Source: Hyphomonadaceae bacterium
Lineage (GTDB): Bacteria; Pseudomonadota; Alphaproteobacteria; Caulobacterales; Hyphomonadaceae
Direction: 5' to 3'
DNA: 64,000 nt
NCBI GenBank assembly: GCA_043513745.1
Contig: CP121341.1
Span: forward strand, 298,599-362,598
Shown one piece after another: positions 1 to 11,222 of this stretch. Position 1 is the stretch's first letter; each line of letters starts with the position of its first letter. Below the pieces are notes generated by a model. It did not search any database. It was not told the origin of the DNA and saw nothing but the letters and a program-made list of their open reading frames with translations. Position numbers and translations under genes: made by a program.

Positions 1-797
1 GCTGACGAACGCGGGATGTTCGTCTGGCTGTCCAGATAAGCACCATAAGTGATCATAAGGCCGACCCCGACGCCAATCGAGAAGAAGGCCTGGCCAAGCG
101 CCGATAGGAACGTCTTGAAACCAACGTCCTGCCATTTCGGTTCAAACAGAAACGCCGCCGTCTGGCCGACATCCCCTTGGGTGACAGCAAAGCCAACCAC
201 AACGAGTAGCATGATGAAGAAGGCCGGCATGAGTATCGTCGCGACTCTCTCGAGCCCGCCTTTCACGCCTCGTCCGACAACAATAACGTTGGCGACCAGG
301 AACAGGAATAACAGCCCCAGGATACCCCATTTTCGGGAGGTTCCGTCTTCGCCTTGACCAATCGTATCGACAAAGTTTGTCGCCGACGCCGCAGCGTCCA
401 TGCCTTCAAACTTTCCGGTTGGTGCCTGTAGTAGGAAGGCGATGAGCCAAACCGAGATCACCATATAGAAGGTCAGAATGAAGAAGGCGGTGAGTGTGCC
501 CACCCAACCGACAACCCCCCAGTTCCCGCTCCTACTTTCAGCACGAGCCAGGGATTCAACGCCTTCAATCGCCGACATACCAGATTTTCGCCCCATACCG
601 TATTCCGCCATGAGGAGCGGTAGACCGACCAGAAGGACGCAGAGCAGGTAAATGACGATAAACGCCCCGCCCCCGTTTTCGCCGGCGGTGTAAGGAAACC
701 GCCAGAAATTGCCGAGGCCGACGGAAGATCCGACCGCGGCCATTATGAAGCCAAAGCGCGAGCCCCACGTATCTGTCTTACGACCGATCGCTGCCAT
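1..797 (-). CDS. Sodium-dependent transporter, NSS/SNF family (3' end runs off the window; absent from the ORF track)
   Basis: Manual translation from ATG at 797 (RBS GGAGGAGG): MAAIGRKTDTWGSRFGFIMAAVGSSVGLGNFWRFPYTAGENGGGAFIVIYLLC..., the NSS TM1 signature GLGNxWRFPY. Confidence 0.9.
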   Translation of the reverse strand, partial: MAAIGRKTDTWGSRFGFIMAAVGSSVGLGNFWRFPYTAGENGGGAFIVIYLLCVLLVGLPLLMAEYGMGRKSGMSAIEGVESLARAESRSGNWGVVGWVGTLTAFFILTFYMVISVWLIAFLLQAPTGKFEGMDAAASATNFVDTIGQGEDGTSRKWGILGLLFLFLVANVIVVGRGVKGGLERVATILMPAFFIMLLVVVGFAVTQGDVGQTAAFLFEPKWQDVGFKTFLSALGQAFFSIGVGVGLMITYGAYLDSQTNIPRSS

Positions 798-908
798 AAA
801 TACCTCCTCCCAGGGAATGATTTCGGCGCGACACTAGCTGTCGCGGAGCAAAAATCAACGCAATTGCTGGCTTTTGAGGGATGATCAGTCCAGGCCAGAG
901 ATTTCAGG

Positions 909-2072
909 TCAGGCGCCAGTATTGAGCGGCTCATTGCGGCCGAGATGCGCGGCGCAGATCAGACCGAAACACCCGGCCGTCGTGATCATCACCGTCCCCC
1001 CATAAGACAGAAGCGGGAGCGGAACCCCAACCACAGGAACAAGCCCCAAGACCATGGCAACATTGAACAAAATGTAGAATGCCACGGTCGCCACTGCCCC
1101 CGCAGCGGCAAACCTGGCGAACAGGCTGGCCGCCCTTAAGGCGATGGCAAGCCCCAGCCCGAGGATCACCATCCAGAGGATCAGCACTCCGCTCGTGACC
1201 AGGAAGCCGAACTCTTCGGCCAGCACGGTAAGAATGAAATCGGTATGTTGCTCCGGGATATAATCCAGCTGCGACTGCGTGCCTTCCATATATCCCTTAC
1301 CCGTCCAGCCACCCGACCCGATAGCAATTTTTGCCTGTTCGATCTGATAGCCGTCATCCATTACATTCACCGATTGTCCGGTGAGCTGGGCCACATAGGT
1401 GTCGACCCGCTCACGCTGATAGTCCTGCAGCACGAAGAAGTAGATCGCCGGAACGCTCGCGATCGCGGCAACTCCAAGCGCCATGATCACGCGCCACCAG
1501 AGCCCGGCGAGGAAGATCAGAATTCCACCTGAGGCAAACAGCGCCAGAGTTGTCCCGAAATCTGGTTGCCTGAAAATCAGAGCCGCAGGCAATGCGATCA
1601 GGGCCAGAGCCGGCAGGTGGATCATGAACCCACCGGAGAAATCGCTCCAGCGCTTGTGATAATAGGCCGCCAGCGCCAATGTCAGTGTAACCTTCATGAA
1701 CTCAGACGGCTGCACGCCGACCGGGCCAATCTGAACCCAGCGCTGCGCGCCGCCACCCGTTGTTCCGAAAAACTCGACCGCGACCAGAAGCACCAATGTC
1801 GCCAGATAGCTTGGCCATGCCGCCCAGAACCACCACCGGATTGGCACCAGACCGACCACCAGCAGAACCCCAAGCGCGATGCCAAACCGAGTGGCCTGGC
1901 GCATCGGCAATCCAGCTTCCTGGGGATTGGTGAAGGTTGCAGAGTGCAGAATCGCGACGCCAATCATGCCCATCGCACAGATAAGAAGGATGAGCCCCCA
2001 AGGCAGAGACCCTAGCTGCGTCCACAGCGATCTCCGTGAAAAATCCAGCGAACTGGCGCGCATCGTAGCCAT
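909..2072 (-). CDS. rodA: Rod shape-determining protein RodA (SEDS family)
   Basis: Multi-TM protein with GAQRW, QPSEFMK, PEQHTDFI and PLLSYGG motifs; follows mrdA. Confidence 0.95.
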   Translation of the reverse strand: MATMRASSLDFSRRSLWTQLGSLPWGLILLICAMGMIGVAILHSATFTNPQEAGLPMRQATRFGIALGVLLVVGLVPIRWWFWAAWPSYLATLVLLVAVEFFGTTGGGAQRWVQIGPVGVQPSEFMKVTLTLALAAYYHKRWSDFSGGFMIHLPALALIALPAALIFRQPDFGTTLALFASGGILIFLAGLWWRVIMALGVAAIASVPAIYFFVLQDYQRERVDTYVAQLTGQSVNVMDDGYQIEQAKIAIGSGGWTGKGYMEGTQSQLDYIPEQHTDFILTVLAEEFGFLVTSGVLILWMVILGLGLAIALRAASLFARFAAAGAVATVAFYILFNVAMVLGLVPVVGVPLPLLSYGGTVMITTAGCFGLICAAHLGRNEPLNTGA

Positions 2073-2074
2073 GA

Positions 2075-4003
2075 TCAGCGCGCCCCGCTTCCTGTGCCAG
2101 AGGCGCTGCCAGCGGCGGCTGTGCGGATGTATGACGGTGTACGTCGGGCATCGATTCGCAGCGCTTCGGCGATAATGTCACGCGCGACCGGGGCAGCGGC
2201 TTTCGAGCCCCCTTCCCCATGCTCAACCACCACGGAGATCGCGTATTTTGGATCATCGTGCGGCGCGTAAGCCACGAACAAGGCGTGGTCTCGCAAACGG
2301 CGAGCAATGTTGTCGCCCTTGAGAATCCCGGAAGCGCGTTCAGCGGCTGAAATTCGTCGCACTTGCGACGTGCCGGTTTTCCCGGCGAGGCGTGGGCCGC
2401 CTAGCCCTAAATCGCCTGATCGTAGTGCTGTGCCACCTGCTTCTGAGGTCACCCCATACATGCCCGCTTTCATGCGCTGCATGATTTCCGGATCGAGCGG
2501 CTCATCGAATGGAATATCAGTGTCCGGGCGCGGCCCATCACCGATAATTCGCGGGGTCACAATCTTGCCTTCGGCGGCAATACGCGCGGACATGACGGCC
2601 AGCTGCAGGGGCGACGTCGAGACCTGCCCTTGGCCAATACCAATGTTCAGAGTTTCACCTTCATACCAAGGCTCCCCGCGCGCCGCACGTTTCCACGCAT
2701 CGTCCGGCATTACGCCGCTACGTCCGCCGGTTAAACCGAGTTCCCAGCGTTGTCCGAAGCCAAATCTCCGTCCCATATCGGCAAGGTTCTCGATCCCCAT
2801 GCGCTTGGCGATTTCATAGAAATAGACGTCACACGAGCCTTTAATCGCCCAATGCATATTGACCGAGCCATGCCCCCGCCGTTTCCAGCAATGCCAGGTA
2901 TTGTTGCCGAACCGGTAGTGGCCTGGGCAATAAACGCGTTCGTTCGGGTTGATGACACCGGCTTCCAACGCCGCTGCTGCGACGACCATTTTGAAGGTCG
3001 ATCCCGGCGGATAGGTGCCGTCATAGGCTTTGTGATAAAGCGGCGAATATTCCACGTCATCGCGCAGAAGCGCATAGTCTTTTGACGAAATGCCATTGAC
3101 GAAATCGTTCGGATCAAAGGCCGGCGTCGAGACAAAGGCAAGGATATCCCCTGTTTCGATGTCGAGCACGACGGCCGCACCGCTTTCTTCGCCAAACCGA
3201 TCGATTGCGAACTTTTGAAGCTCTGCATCAACTGTCAGATACAGATCTCGTCCAGCTTTCGGCGACAGGCTGGGGTCATCAAACTCACGAATGATGCGAC
3301 CCGCGGCATTGGTCTCGAGTTTGCGGAAGCCCGCCTCACCGCGCAGCCAGTCTTCCGCGTAACGTTCGACGCCCGAGCGCCCGGTTCGCATATCGGGGTG
3401 CTTGAACAATCGCCGGATCGCAGCGCGTTCCTGAGCATTGGTGTCCTCGCTCAGTCGCTCGAGATCGGCTTCGCTGGCTTTCGCAACATAGCCGAGCACG
3501 TGAGCGAAATCCCGTCCCCGCGGATAGGAGCGCGTCGCCGCCATTTCGACCTGCAAGCCCGGAAGGCTTGGAGCCAGAACGGAAAGTCGCGAGAAATCCT
3601 CATAGGACAGTTCGCTCTTCACGGTGACTGGCTGGAAGCTCGCCTGACGACGGGCATCGCTGATCAACCGCGCCTGCCGCTCTGGTGAAATATCGAGATG
3701 CTTGGACAGCTCCGCCATCAAACCCGTCAGATCGTTTGCCTGTTCGCGAACAATCGAAACCCGGCCCGCTTGACGATGCGCCGCGAGAGGGCGCCCAAAG
3801 CGATCCAGGATGCGGCCGCGCTGCGGCGGCGCCAGATCCAGGCGCACGCCATTCTCGGCAGCTGCAACTTCGAACCGCTCATGCTCCATGATCTGCAACT
3901 GAAACAGACGCGCGATCAGGCCACCAAACATCGCCGTGCCGCCTCCGGCCGCAATCAAGGCGCGCCGACTGAACAATCCATCAATGGGGCGTTTGAGGCT
4001 CAT
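2075..4003 (-). CDS. mrdA: Penicillin-binding protein 2
   Basis: PPGSTFK (SxxK), SCDVYFY (SxD) and KTGT motifs; mre operon context. Confidence 0.95.
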   Translation of the reverse strand: MSLKRPIDGLFSRRALIAAGGGTAMFGGLIARLFQLQIMEHERFEVAAAENGVRLDLAPPQRGRILDRFGRPLAAHRQAGRVSIVREQANDLTGLMAELSKHLDISPERQARLISDARRQASFQPVTVKSELSYEDFSRLSVLAPSLPGLQVEMAATRSYPRGRDFAHVLGYVAKASEADLERLSEDTNAQERAAIRRLFKHPDMRTGRSGVERYAEDWLRGEAGFRKLETNAAGRIIREFDDPSLSPKAGRDLYLTVDAELQKFAIDRFGEESGAAVVLDIETGDILAFVSTPAFDPNDFVNGISSKDYALLRDDVEYSPLYHKAYDGTYPPGSTFKMVVAAAALEAGVINPNERVYCPGHYRFGNNTWHCWKRRGHGSVNMHWAIKGSCDVYFYEIAKRMGIENLADMGRRFGFGQRWELGLTGGRSGVMPDDAWKRAARGEPWYEGETLNIGIGQGQVSTSPLQLAVMSARIAAEGKIVTPRIIGDGPRPDTDIPFDEPLDPEIMQRMKAGMYGVTSEAGGTALRSGDLGLGGPRLAGKTGTSQVRRISAAERASGILKGDNIARRLRDHALFVAYAPHDDPKYAISVVVEHGEGGSKAAAPVARDIIAEALRIDARRTPSYIRTAAAGSASGTGSGAR

Positions 4004-4551
4004 GCGCCGCCTCCATTCGGAACCGTTCGGCGAATACCAAGATCAAACAGCGGCGAAATCAACATATGCACGACCAATGTTGCGAAATAGGCGGTCAGCA
4101 TTGGGGTCACGCGTACGAAGTGTCCTGATGAAATACTGGCAACAAACCATACGAGCATGATCCCGAAAAACAAAGTTACAACCGGGAGAACAAAACTCAG
4201 AAACGGCGTGCGTTCTGTATCGAACATCTGGTGGACCATTGCAGACAGCCCGAAGGTCAGTAGATTGGCGAGCCCATGACTGCCCCAAGGCGCCTGCGAG
4301 GCGTCCTGCGCAAATCCGAACATGACGAGTACCACCATCGGGCCAAACCCGATCCCGGACCGGCCCCAGCCAACGGCCGCAATCAGCCCGACATAGGGCC
4401 ATGCCAGCGGTACCCCGAAAAGGGATTTCGGCGTCAATCCGACCATGCCAATCAGCGCGACAATGAGAATTCCAATTAATAGGCGCGAACGGGGCCTAGC
4501 GGCCTCCCAACGCAGCGCCATAGAGTCAACAATCGAGCTCAGCCAATTCAC
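4000..4551 (-). CDS. mreD: Rod shape-determining protein MreD-like membrane protein
   Basis: 183-aa hydrophobic protein between mreC and mrdA with 4-bp overlaps; assigned mainly by position. Confidence 0.75.
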   Translation of the reverse strand: MNWLSSIVDSMALRWEAARPRSRLLIGILIVALIGMVGLTPKSLFGVPLAWPYVGLIAAVGWGRSGIGFGPMVVLVMFGFAQDASQAPWGSHGLANLLTFGLSAMVHQMFDTERTPFLSFVLPVVTLFFGIMLVWFVASISSGHFVRVTPMLTAYFATLVVHMLISPLFDLGIRRTVPNGGGA

Positions 4552-5408
4552 GAGCCATCCTCATCGGTTAGCTCAGCGACTTCCGTTTCGACCGGAAAGG
4601 CTTCCGGAACCGGGATCGACATGATTGGCTTGAGACGCACATAGGACAGTTGGCCGTTCAGCATCTCCAGGTCGACGCGGATTTCCTTGCCCTCGGCATC
4701 GCGCACATGCCCCACCACAACGCCGCGCGGAAACAATCCGCCTTCGCCGGATGTCAGGATACGCTCATTTGGAAGGAAATCGCCTTGCTCTGGCAGGTCG
4801 GTCAGACGGCCAAGCCCATCGCGCCCGCCATACATGATTGCACGCAGGCCACTGGCCTCGCCCATGACCGGCACGCGGCTGTTAAAGTCGGTAATCTTGA
4901 GAATGCGTGATGACCGCTGCCCCACTTGCACTACGCGGCCGACAAGACCGCGATCGTTTTCGGCAAAATAGCCTTCCAGCACGCCATTTGTAGCGCCGGC
5001 ATTGGCGAGCAAGGCTTCGGCAAACGGGCCGTTCGTTTCGGCCATAATCCGGGCGGTAACTTCAGCCCCGCCGGGCTCACCCTGCATATTCAGGATGTCT
5101 TCATAGACCTCGAGACGCTCAGCCATGGTCAGCGCCAAAGCCTTATACTGCGCCAGTTCGCGGACGCGAGCTTCCAATTCGAGGATCCGGCGCTCTTTCG
5201 CAGAGGCACCGCTGATCCGGTCGATCAGGCTTGGACGCGTAACGTGGAACAGCTGATCAGACGCCGCCGTACGGACGGGCTCTACGCCCTGGCTCAGACG
5301 CGGCGACGTTTGCAGCAATAGGAGGGCAAGCAATCCGGCAACAGCCACGAAGAATCCGTACCGCCGGAGCGGGCGCTGTCTGTATCCCTTGCCGCCGAGA
5401 CGTGGCAT
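4548..5408 (-). CDS. mreC: Rod shape-determining protein MreC
   Basis: N-terminal TM, coiled coil, GLVGRVV and TSGEGGLFPRGVVVG motifs; follows mreB. Confidence 0.93.
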   Translation of the reverse strand: MPRLGGKGYRQRPLRRYGFFVAVAGLLALLLLQTSPRLSQGVEPVRTAASDQLFHVTRPSLIDRISGASAKERRILELEARVRELAQYKALALTMAERLEVYEDILNMQGEPGGAEVTARIMAETNGPFAEALLANAGATNGVLEGYFAENDRGLVGRVVQVGQRSSRILKITDFNSRVPVMGEASGLRAIMYGGRDGLGRLTDLPEQGDFLPNERILTSGEGGLFPRGVVVGHVRDAEGKEIRVDLEMLNGQLSYVRLKPIMSIPVPEAFPVETEVAELTDEDGS

Positions 5409-5457
5409 GGGGCGGATCCTTCTTTCTTGATCGCGGACGCTTTAGCCCACAATCGTG

Positions 5458-6561
<1,104 letters not shown>

Positions 6562-6674
6562 TCAGCCCTTATACCCTAATGCCGTTTAGAATTAATTAAA
6601 GCAAGTCTGCATTCTCACTCTATCCGTACGACCCGTACACCACCCCACTTCCCCGGCAGTCATTACGAAAAGGA

Positions 6675-6702
6675 AAACCTGCCCCAAAATGGGACAGGCT
6701 TT
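6675..6702 (-). terminator. Rho-independent terminator after leuA
   Basis: Minus strand CCTGTCCC-ATTTT-GGGGCAGG followed by TTTTCCTTTT. Confidence 0.65.
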
Positions 6703-6728
6703 ATGCAAACGCTTCGTTTGTTAGGGTT

Positions 6729-8261
6729 TTAGGCGGCCATTCTTTTCAGGCGGCGAGCCTCTAGCTTGTTGAGGGCATGAATATAGGCCTTGGCGGCGGC
6801 AACAAGCGTATCCGGATCTGAGGACCGTCCGGTCGCCATGATACCCTCACCCTTCAGACGCACATGCACATCGGCCTGCGCATCCGTACCGCCCGTAACC
6901 GCGCTAACCTGAAACAGGTCGAGCTTACCCTCATGGGGGACAATTTTGCGGATCGCGTTGAACACAGCGTCGACCGGGCCATTGCCTTCACAGGACACGG
7001 CGTGGCTCTCGCCATCCACCAAAACCGTAAGGTCCGCTGTTTGCGGCCCCTCGGAGCCAGCGACAACGCGAAGCTTCTCGAAGGAGATACGCTCCCCGAC
7101 TGCAGACAATTGATCATCGACCAATGCGATCAAATCGTCGTCAAAGACGTGCTTTTTCCGGTCAGCCAAGTCTTTGAACCGTTTGAAAGCCTCGTTCAGG
7201 CTGTCCTTGTCGAGCTCATAGCCCAAGCTTTCCAGCTTATCCCGGAACGCATGACGTCCCGAATGTTTGCCCATAACCAAGCTGGTTTTCGAAACGCCGA
7301 CATCTTCCGGCTTCATAATCTCATAGGTTTCGGCGTTTTTGAGCATGCCGTCCTGGTGGATGCCGCTCTCATGCGCGAAAGCGTTTTTGCCGACAATGGC
7401 CTTGTTATACTGGACTGGGAAGCCAGTGATCCGGCTCACCATATGGCTGGCCGTCGCCAGTTTGGTTGTGTCGAGACCGGTGGTGAATGGCAGGTCATCG
7501 CGGCGCGTGTTGAAGGCCATGACGACTTCTTCCAACGCCGCATTGCCAGCCCGTTCGCCGAGACCGTTGATGGTGCACTCGACCTGCCGCGCGCCGTTTT
7601 GCACGCCCGCTATTGAATTGGCGACAGCAAGTCCGAGGTCGTTGTGGCAATGCGTCGACCAGATCACTTTGTCGCTGTCTGGAATAGTCTCGCGCAGGCG
7701 GCGGATCAGGTTGCCATATTCCTCGGGGTGGGAATATCCGACCGTGTCGGGAATGTTGATCGTGGTCGCACCGCTGGTAATCGCAGCATCGATGCACTTG
7801 CAGAGGAAATCGAATTCCGTGCGGGTCGCGTCCTCTGGGCTCCATTCCACGTCTGCCACCAGGTTGCGAGCCTGCGCGACAGAGCGCCCGACCGCTTCGA
7901 GAACAGCGTTCGCGCCCATTTTGAGCTTGTGCTTCATATGCACCGGGCTGGTGGAGATAAACGTGTGAATACGAGGCTTTGCAGCGTGGCGCACGGCTTC
8001 GGCGCAGCGATCAATGTCGTCAGGAGTGGACCGCGCGAGGCCGCAAATAGTCGCCGATTTAGCGCGCTTAGCGATTTCTCGGACGGCCTCGAAATCGCCA
8101 ATTGAGGCCGCTGGGAAGCCCGCCTCTATCACGTGTACGCCCATGGTCTCGAGCAATTCGCCCAAAGCCAGCTTTTCATTGTGGGTCATAGAAGCGCCAG
8201 GCGATTGCTCGCCATCGCGCAAGGTGGTGTCAAAAATTACAATATCTGTTGTGTCTGTCAT
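6729..8261 (-). CDS. leuA: 2-isopropylmalate synthase
   Basis: DTTLRDGEQ, HCHNDLG, GERAGN and HESGIHQDG motifs, plus the C-terminal regulatory domain (GNGPVDA). Confidence 0.97.
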   Translation of the reverse strand: MTDTTDIVIFDTTLRDGEQSPGASMTHNEKLALGELLETMGVHVIEAGFPAASIGDFEAVREIAKRAKSATICGLARSTPDDIDRCAEAVRHAAKPRIHTFISTSPVHMKHKLKMGANAVLEAVGRSVAQARNLVADVEWSPEDATRTEFDFLCKCIDAAITSGATTINIPDTVGYSHPEEYGNLIRRLRETIPDSDKVIWSTHCHNDLGLAVANSIAGVQNGARQVECTINGLGERAGNAALEEVVMAFNTRRDDLPFTTGLDTTKLATASHMVSRITGFPVQYNKAIVGKNAFAHESGIHQDGMLKNAETYEIMKPEDVGVSKTSLVMGKHSGRHAFRDKLESLGYELDKDSLNEAFKRFKDLADRKKHVFDDDLIALVDDQLSAVGERISFEKLRVVAGSEGPQTADLTVLVDGESHAVSCEGNGPVDAVFNAIRKIVPHEGKLDLFQVSAVTGGTDAQADVHVRLKGEGIMATGRSSDPDTLVAAAKAYIHALNKLEARRLKRMAA

Positions 8262-8266
8262 CGGTT

Positions 8267-8351
8267 CGGCCAGTTGATGTCGTGAAACTTTTTGGTGCGA
8301 TCCCCTGGCCGTGGGCAGATGCGCTACAGCACCGCCGCTACCGGCCAGGGG
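8267..8351 (-). promoter_or_regulatory. Mutually exclusive helices of a leuA attenuator
   Basis: mRNA box A CCCCUGGCCG (8342-8351) pairs with box B CGGCCAGGGG (8302-8311); box C CUGGCCG (8267-8273, just before the leuA ATG) can also pair with B. Confidence 0.7.
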
Positions 8352-8395
8352 CCGATAAGGAGAAGTAGGTCCAGAAGAGGCAAATTCTTGCGCAT
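8324..8395 (-). CDS. leuA leader peptide MRKNLPLLDLLLLIGPWPVAAVL
   Basis: 23-aa ORF ending 62 nt upstream of leuA, with 7 Leu codons in residues 5-13 (including TTG and CTA). Confidence 0.8.
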   Translation of the reverse strand: MRKNLPLLDLLLLIGPWPVAAVL

Positions 8396-8435
8396 GGCCA
8401 CTGCAATGCGGCGATGAAGCGGCAGTGTCAACAGG

Positions 8436-9152
8436 CTATTCTGCGCTGAGCGCAATATTCTCCCCTTTGCGGCGCCGGTGCCGCACATAGAAAAAGCCGC
8501 CCAGAAACACACCGAGCGCCGCAAGCGCGGCCGCCAGTGCCGTCCAGAAATTCCCCTCAAGCGCAGCCTGGATTGCCTGCAGGCCAAACGCGACCAAAGC
8601 GATCTTGGGTATGACGCCGAGCGCCAATCCGCCGAAATAATGGGTGAATTTCGCGCCAATCGCTCCGAACACCATGTTCACCAGAAGGAATGGCCCCGTC
8701 GGCGCATTACGTACAATCGCGCTCGCCGCGAATGCATTGCGAGCGACGAATTCGGCAAATCTCTTGATCCGCCCTTCGCCCAGTCGATTGAGCGTTGCGG
8801 TGCTGAACAGCCGGCCGAGCCAGAATGTGATCACCCCCGAACAGAGCGTCGCAACCCAGGCCCAGACGGCGCCCCATAGAGGCCCGAACGCATAGACTGC
8901 GATCCCGATCAGAAGAAATTGCGGCACGCCGATAAAGGCGCAAACACAGAATGCTAGGATTAGTGCTGGAACACCCCAGGGTCCGTCGGCAAACTCGCCA
9001 ATCGCCCGCTGTAGCGCGTCAATATTCAGAAACTCGGTGTAGCGACCAAACAGAAAAAGCGCCAATAACAAAGCAATCAAGCCAATCCCGACCCATAGGC
9101 CGAGCCGGGAGCCCTGCGCTTTTGGGGCGGGGTTGGGCGTATCGCTCTCCAT
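8436..9152 (-). CDS. TVP38/TMEM64 (DedA/VTT) family membrane protein
   Basis: Re-entrant helix pattern FIGVPQF..AFGPLWG, plus FWLGR and RNAPTGPF..NMVFG motifs. Confidence 0.85.
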   Translation of the reverse strand: MESDTPNPAPKAQGSRLGLWVGIGLIALLLALFLFGRYTEFLNIDALQRAIGEFADGPWGVPALILAFCVCAFIGVPQFLLIGIAVYAFGPLWGAVWAWVATLCSGVITFWLGRLFSTATLNRLGEGRIKRFAEFVARNAFAASAIVRNAPTGPFLLVNMVFGAIGAKFTHYFGGLALGVIPKIALVAFGLQAIQAALEGNFWTALAAALAALGVFLGGFFYVRHRRRKGENIALSAE

Positions 9153-9217
9153 AGAACGTCCCTGCGCCGACTGCTATCTTAGGTCAAGCAAGTCTATCAG
9201 ATTGCACGGCTGCGCGC

Positions 9218-10363
9218 TTAAGTTTTGCGCTTGAGGAATTTCAGCCCGGACCAGTCGGCATCGACCGCGCAGACTTTGATATCGACCCAACCCAGCGGTA
9301 GGACATGATCGCGAAAATCCTGTTCCGTCAAATCGATGAAGAGCGACGAGCTCTTTTTCGGCCACGACACCCAGATCATTCCTCCCGGAACAACAGACGC
9401 GAGCGCGCGATCAAACAAGGACGCGACGTCGCGGCGACGACGGGAGAAAACGTGCACGCAGTTCGACGGCGCAGCCCGCTTCAAAAACCGCACGCCTTCG
9501 ACACCTGCAACGTCGCAGTCTTCGCAATACTCACCGCCGCGACCCTCAAGTTGCGGAGAGGTCGCCGCCCACGTCGCGGTTGAGGCGCCCTGCTCCGGCG
9601 TCTTGAACATGGCTTGGATGGCTGGCGGAATGGTGCCGTCTGGATTCATCCACCCCATCGCGGACATTTCCTCCACCGTGAGGTGGCGCTGCAAGGGTGT
9701 GAAGATCCCGCCCGGATGCACGCCAAATGCCGTCACGCCAAACTCATCCCATCGACGATCCGCCCCAAGCGCGAACAAGGCGTTTGCTGACTTCGCCTGG
9801 GCATAGGCGTTCCACTTTTCGTATTCAGTGCGCTCATAGTTCGGGTCATCCCATTTTACATCACCGCGAATGTGGGCGGTCGATGAAAGCGCCACCACGC
9901 GGGACGTGTCCGCCTTTTGCAGCGCAGGCAGCAATGAAAGGGCAAGCGCCATATGCCCCAGGTGATTGATCCCGAACTGGCTTTCCCAGCCGGGTCCGAC
10001 TCGCGCGAGCGGACAGGCCATAATGCCAGCATTGTTGATCAGGATATCGAGCTGACGACCAGTCGCGACATAGTCTTCGGCAAACTTGCGGACGCTCGCG
10101 AGGTCGCCAAGATCCATAGCCGCAATTTCGATATCGCCGTCGACAGATCCAAGTGCGTCCTGCGCCGCGTCTGGACGGCGAGCCGGAACGGTGACTTTAG
10201 CGCCGACACCTGCCAGCGCGCGCACTTCCTCGATCCCGATCCCGCTATAACCGCCTGTGACGATCACGTTCTTGCCGCTGAGATCCATTCCTTTGACGAC
10301 ATCCGCCGCTGGGGTTTTTGCGCCGAAGCCTGAGCCGATCGGTTTTTGGTTTTCCGCTGCCAT
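9218..10363 (-). CDS. SDR-family oxidoreductase fused in frame to a DUF3052-like C-terminal fragment
   Basis: TGGYSGIG, NNAGIM and YAQAK SDR motifs; after YCEDCD the sequence switches to GGMIWVSWPKKSS..DLTE..VDIKVCAVDADWSGLKF. Confidence 0.75.
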   Translation of the reverse strand: MAAENQKPIGSGFGAKTPAADVVKGMDLSGKNVIVTGGYSGIGIEEVRALAGVGAKVTVPARRPDAAQDALGSVDGDIEIAAMDLGDLASVRKFAEDYVATGRQLDILINNAGIMACPLARVGPGWESQFGINHLGHMALALSLLPALQKADTSRVVALSSTAHIRGDVKWDDPNYERTEYEKWNAYAQAKSANALFALGADRRWDEFGVTAFGVHPGGIFTPLQRHLTVEEMSAMGWMNPDGTIPPAIQAMFKTPEQGASTATWAATSPQLEGRGGEYCEDCDVAGVEGVRFLKRAAPSNCVHVFSRRRRDVASLFDRALASVVPGGMIWVSWPKKSSSLFIDLTEQDFRDHVLPLGWVDIKVCAVDADWSGLKFLKRKT

Positions 10364-10479
10364 GTCATCCTCCAGTTTCGTTCACGGTGGCAGCGGAAAC
10401 ACTGTCTGGCAAGACTCGACAGAAAAGCGCCGCATTCCTAGTTACAAGGTTACACATCGATCATTGTTCGGAGCCCCAC

Positions 10480-11148
10480 ATGCTTATTCGATTGCTGACC
10501 GTCTTCTGCTGTTCGTTTGCCCTCGCGGCGACCGCATCAGCCCAGTTTGGCAAGCCGCAACCGACACCGAAGAACGCGGATGAATACTTTGCCGAGCGCG
10601 CTATGCGCGATGCAGCGCGCCTGACCACCGGGGTCGAGGGGCGCGAAGTTATCAAGGACAGCGACGGCATTGATCTCGCCCGCGCAGAACAACGCATGGA
10701 GCAAGCGCTGGAGATATTTGAACGCTTGTGCGCCGACCGCTCTTTGCCCCAGGATCAATGGGCCAGAAACTGTTTTGACGCTGGCGAAATGCATCGGCGC
10801 GGATCCGGCACGGTCCAGGACTACCCAAAAGCAAAGGCGCTCTATGACGCCGCCTGTTTCGAGGGTCGACATGCCGGGGCTTGCATGCAGCAAGCGTATA
10901 TTTCTCAAAAAGAACACGCCGGTGAGATTGATCTGGAACACGCTCGCGCGCTCTATACTCAAGGCTGCGATCTTGGCGATCCGGGGTCCTGCTCCGGCCT
11001 CGGCAATATGATGTATATGGGCCTTGGCGGACCGCGTGATCGCTCAACGGCAGTGGAGCTTCTTCAAGATTCGTGTGCAGAAGAGTATGCTTGGGCCTGT
11101 ACCCGCCTGATTGAGTATGGCCTGCCGCAGCGGCTCGATCGATACTAG
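10480..11148 (+). CDS. Secreted Sel1-like repeat protein
   Basis: Signal peptide from ATG 10480; repeated C..LG.MY..G.G...D...A..L...AC units. Confidence 0.85.
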   Translation: MLIRLLTVFCCSFALAATASAQFGKPQPTPKNADEYFAERAMRDAARLTTGVEGREVIKDSDGIDLARAEQRMEQALEIFERLCADRSLPQDQWARNCFDAGEMHRRGSGTVQDYPKAKALYDAACFEGRHAGACMQQAYISQKEHAGEIDLEHARALYTQGCDLGDPGSCSGLGNMMYMGLGGPRDRSTAVELLQDSCAEEYAWACTRLIEYGLPQRLDRY

Positions 11149-11222
11149 CGCTTTCCCCCACGCCATCTTGTTGAACACAAATTTTTGCGTCACTTCTTGT
11201 CCCAGTCGGACGGGAGGAAGAA

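Noticed and set aside
8324-8659. 111-aa ORF upstream of leuA
   Set aside because: Only the last 23 codons (leader peptide) are credible; the rest overlaps the DedA gene out of frame.
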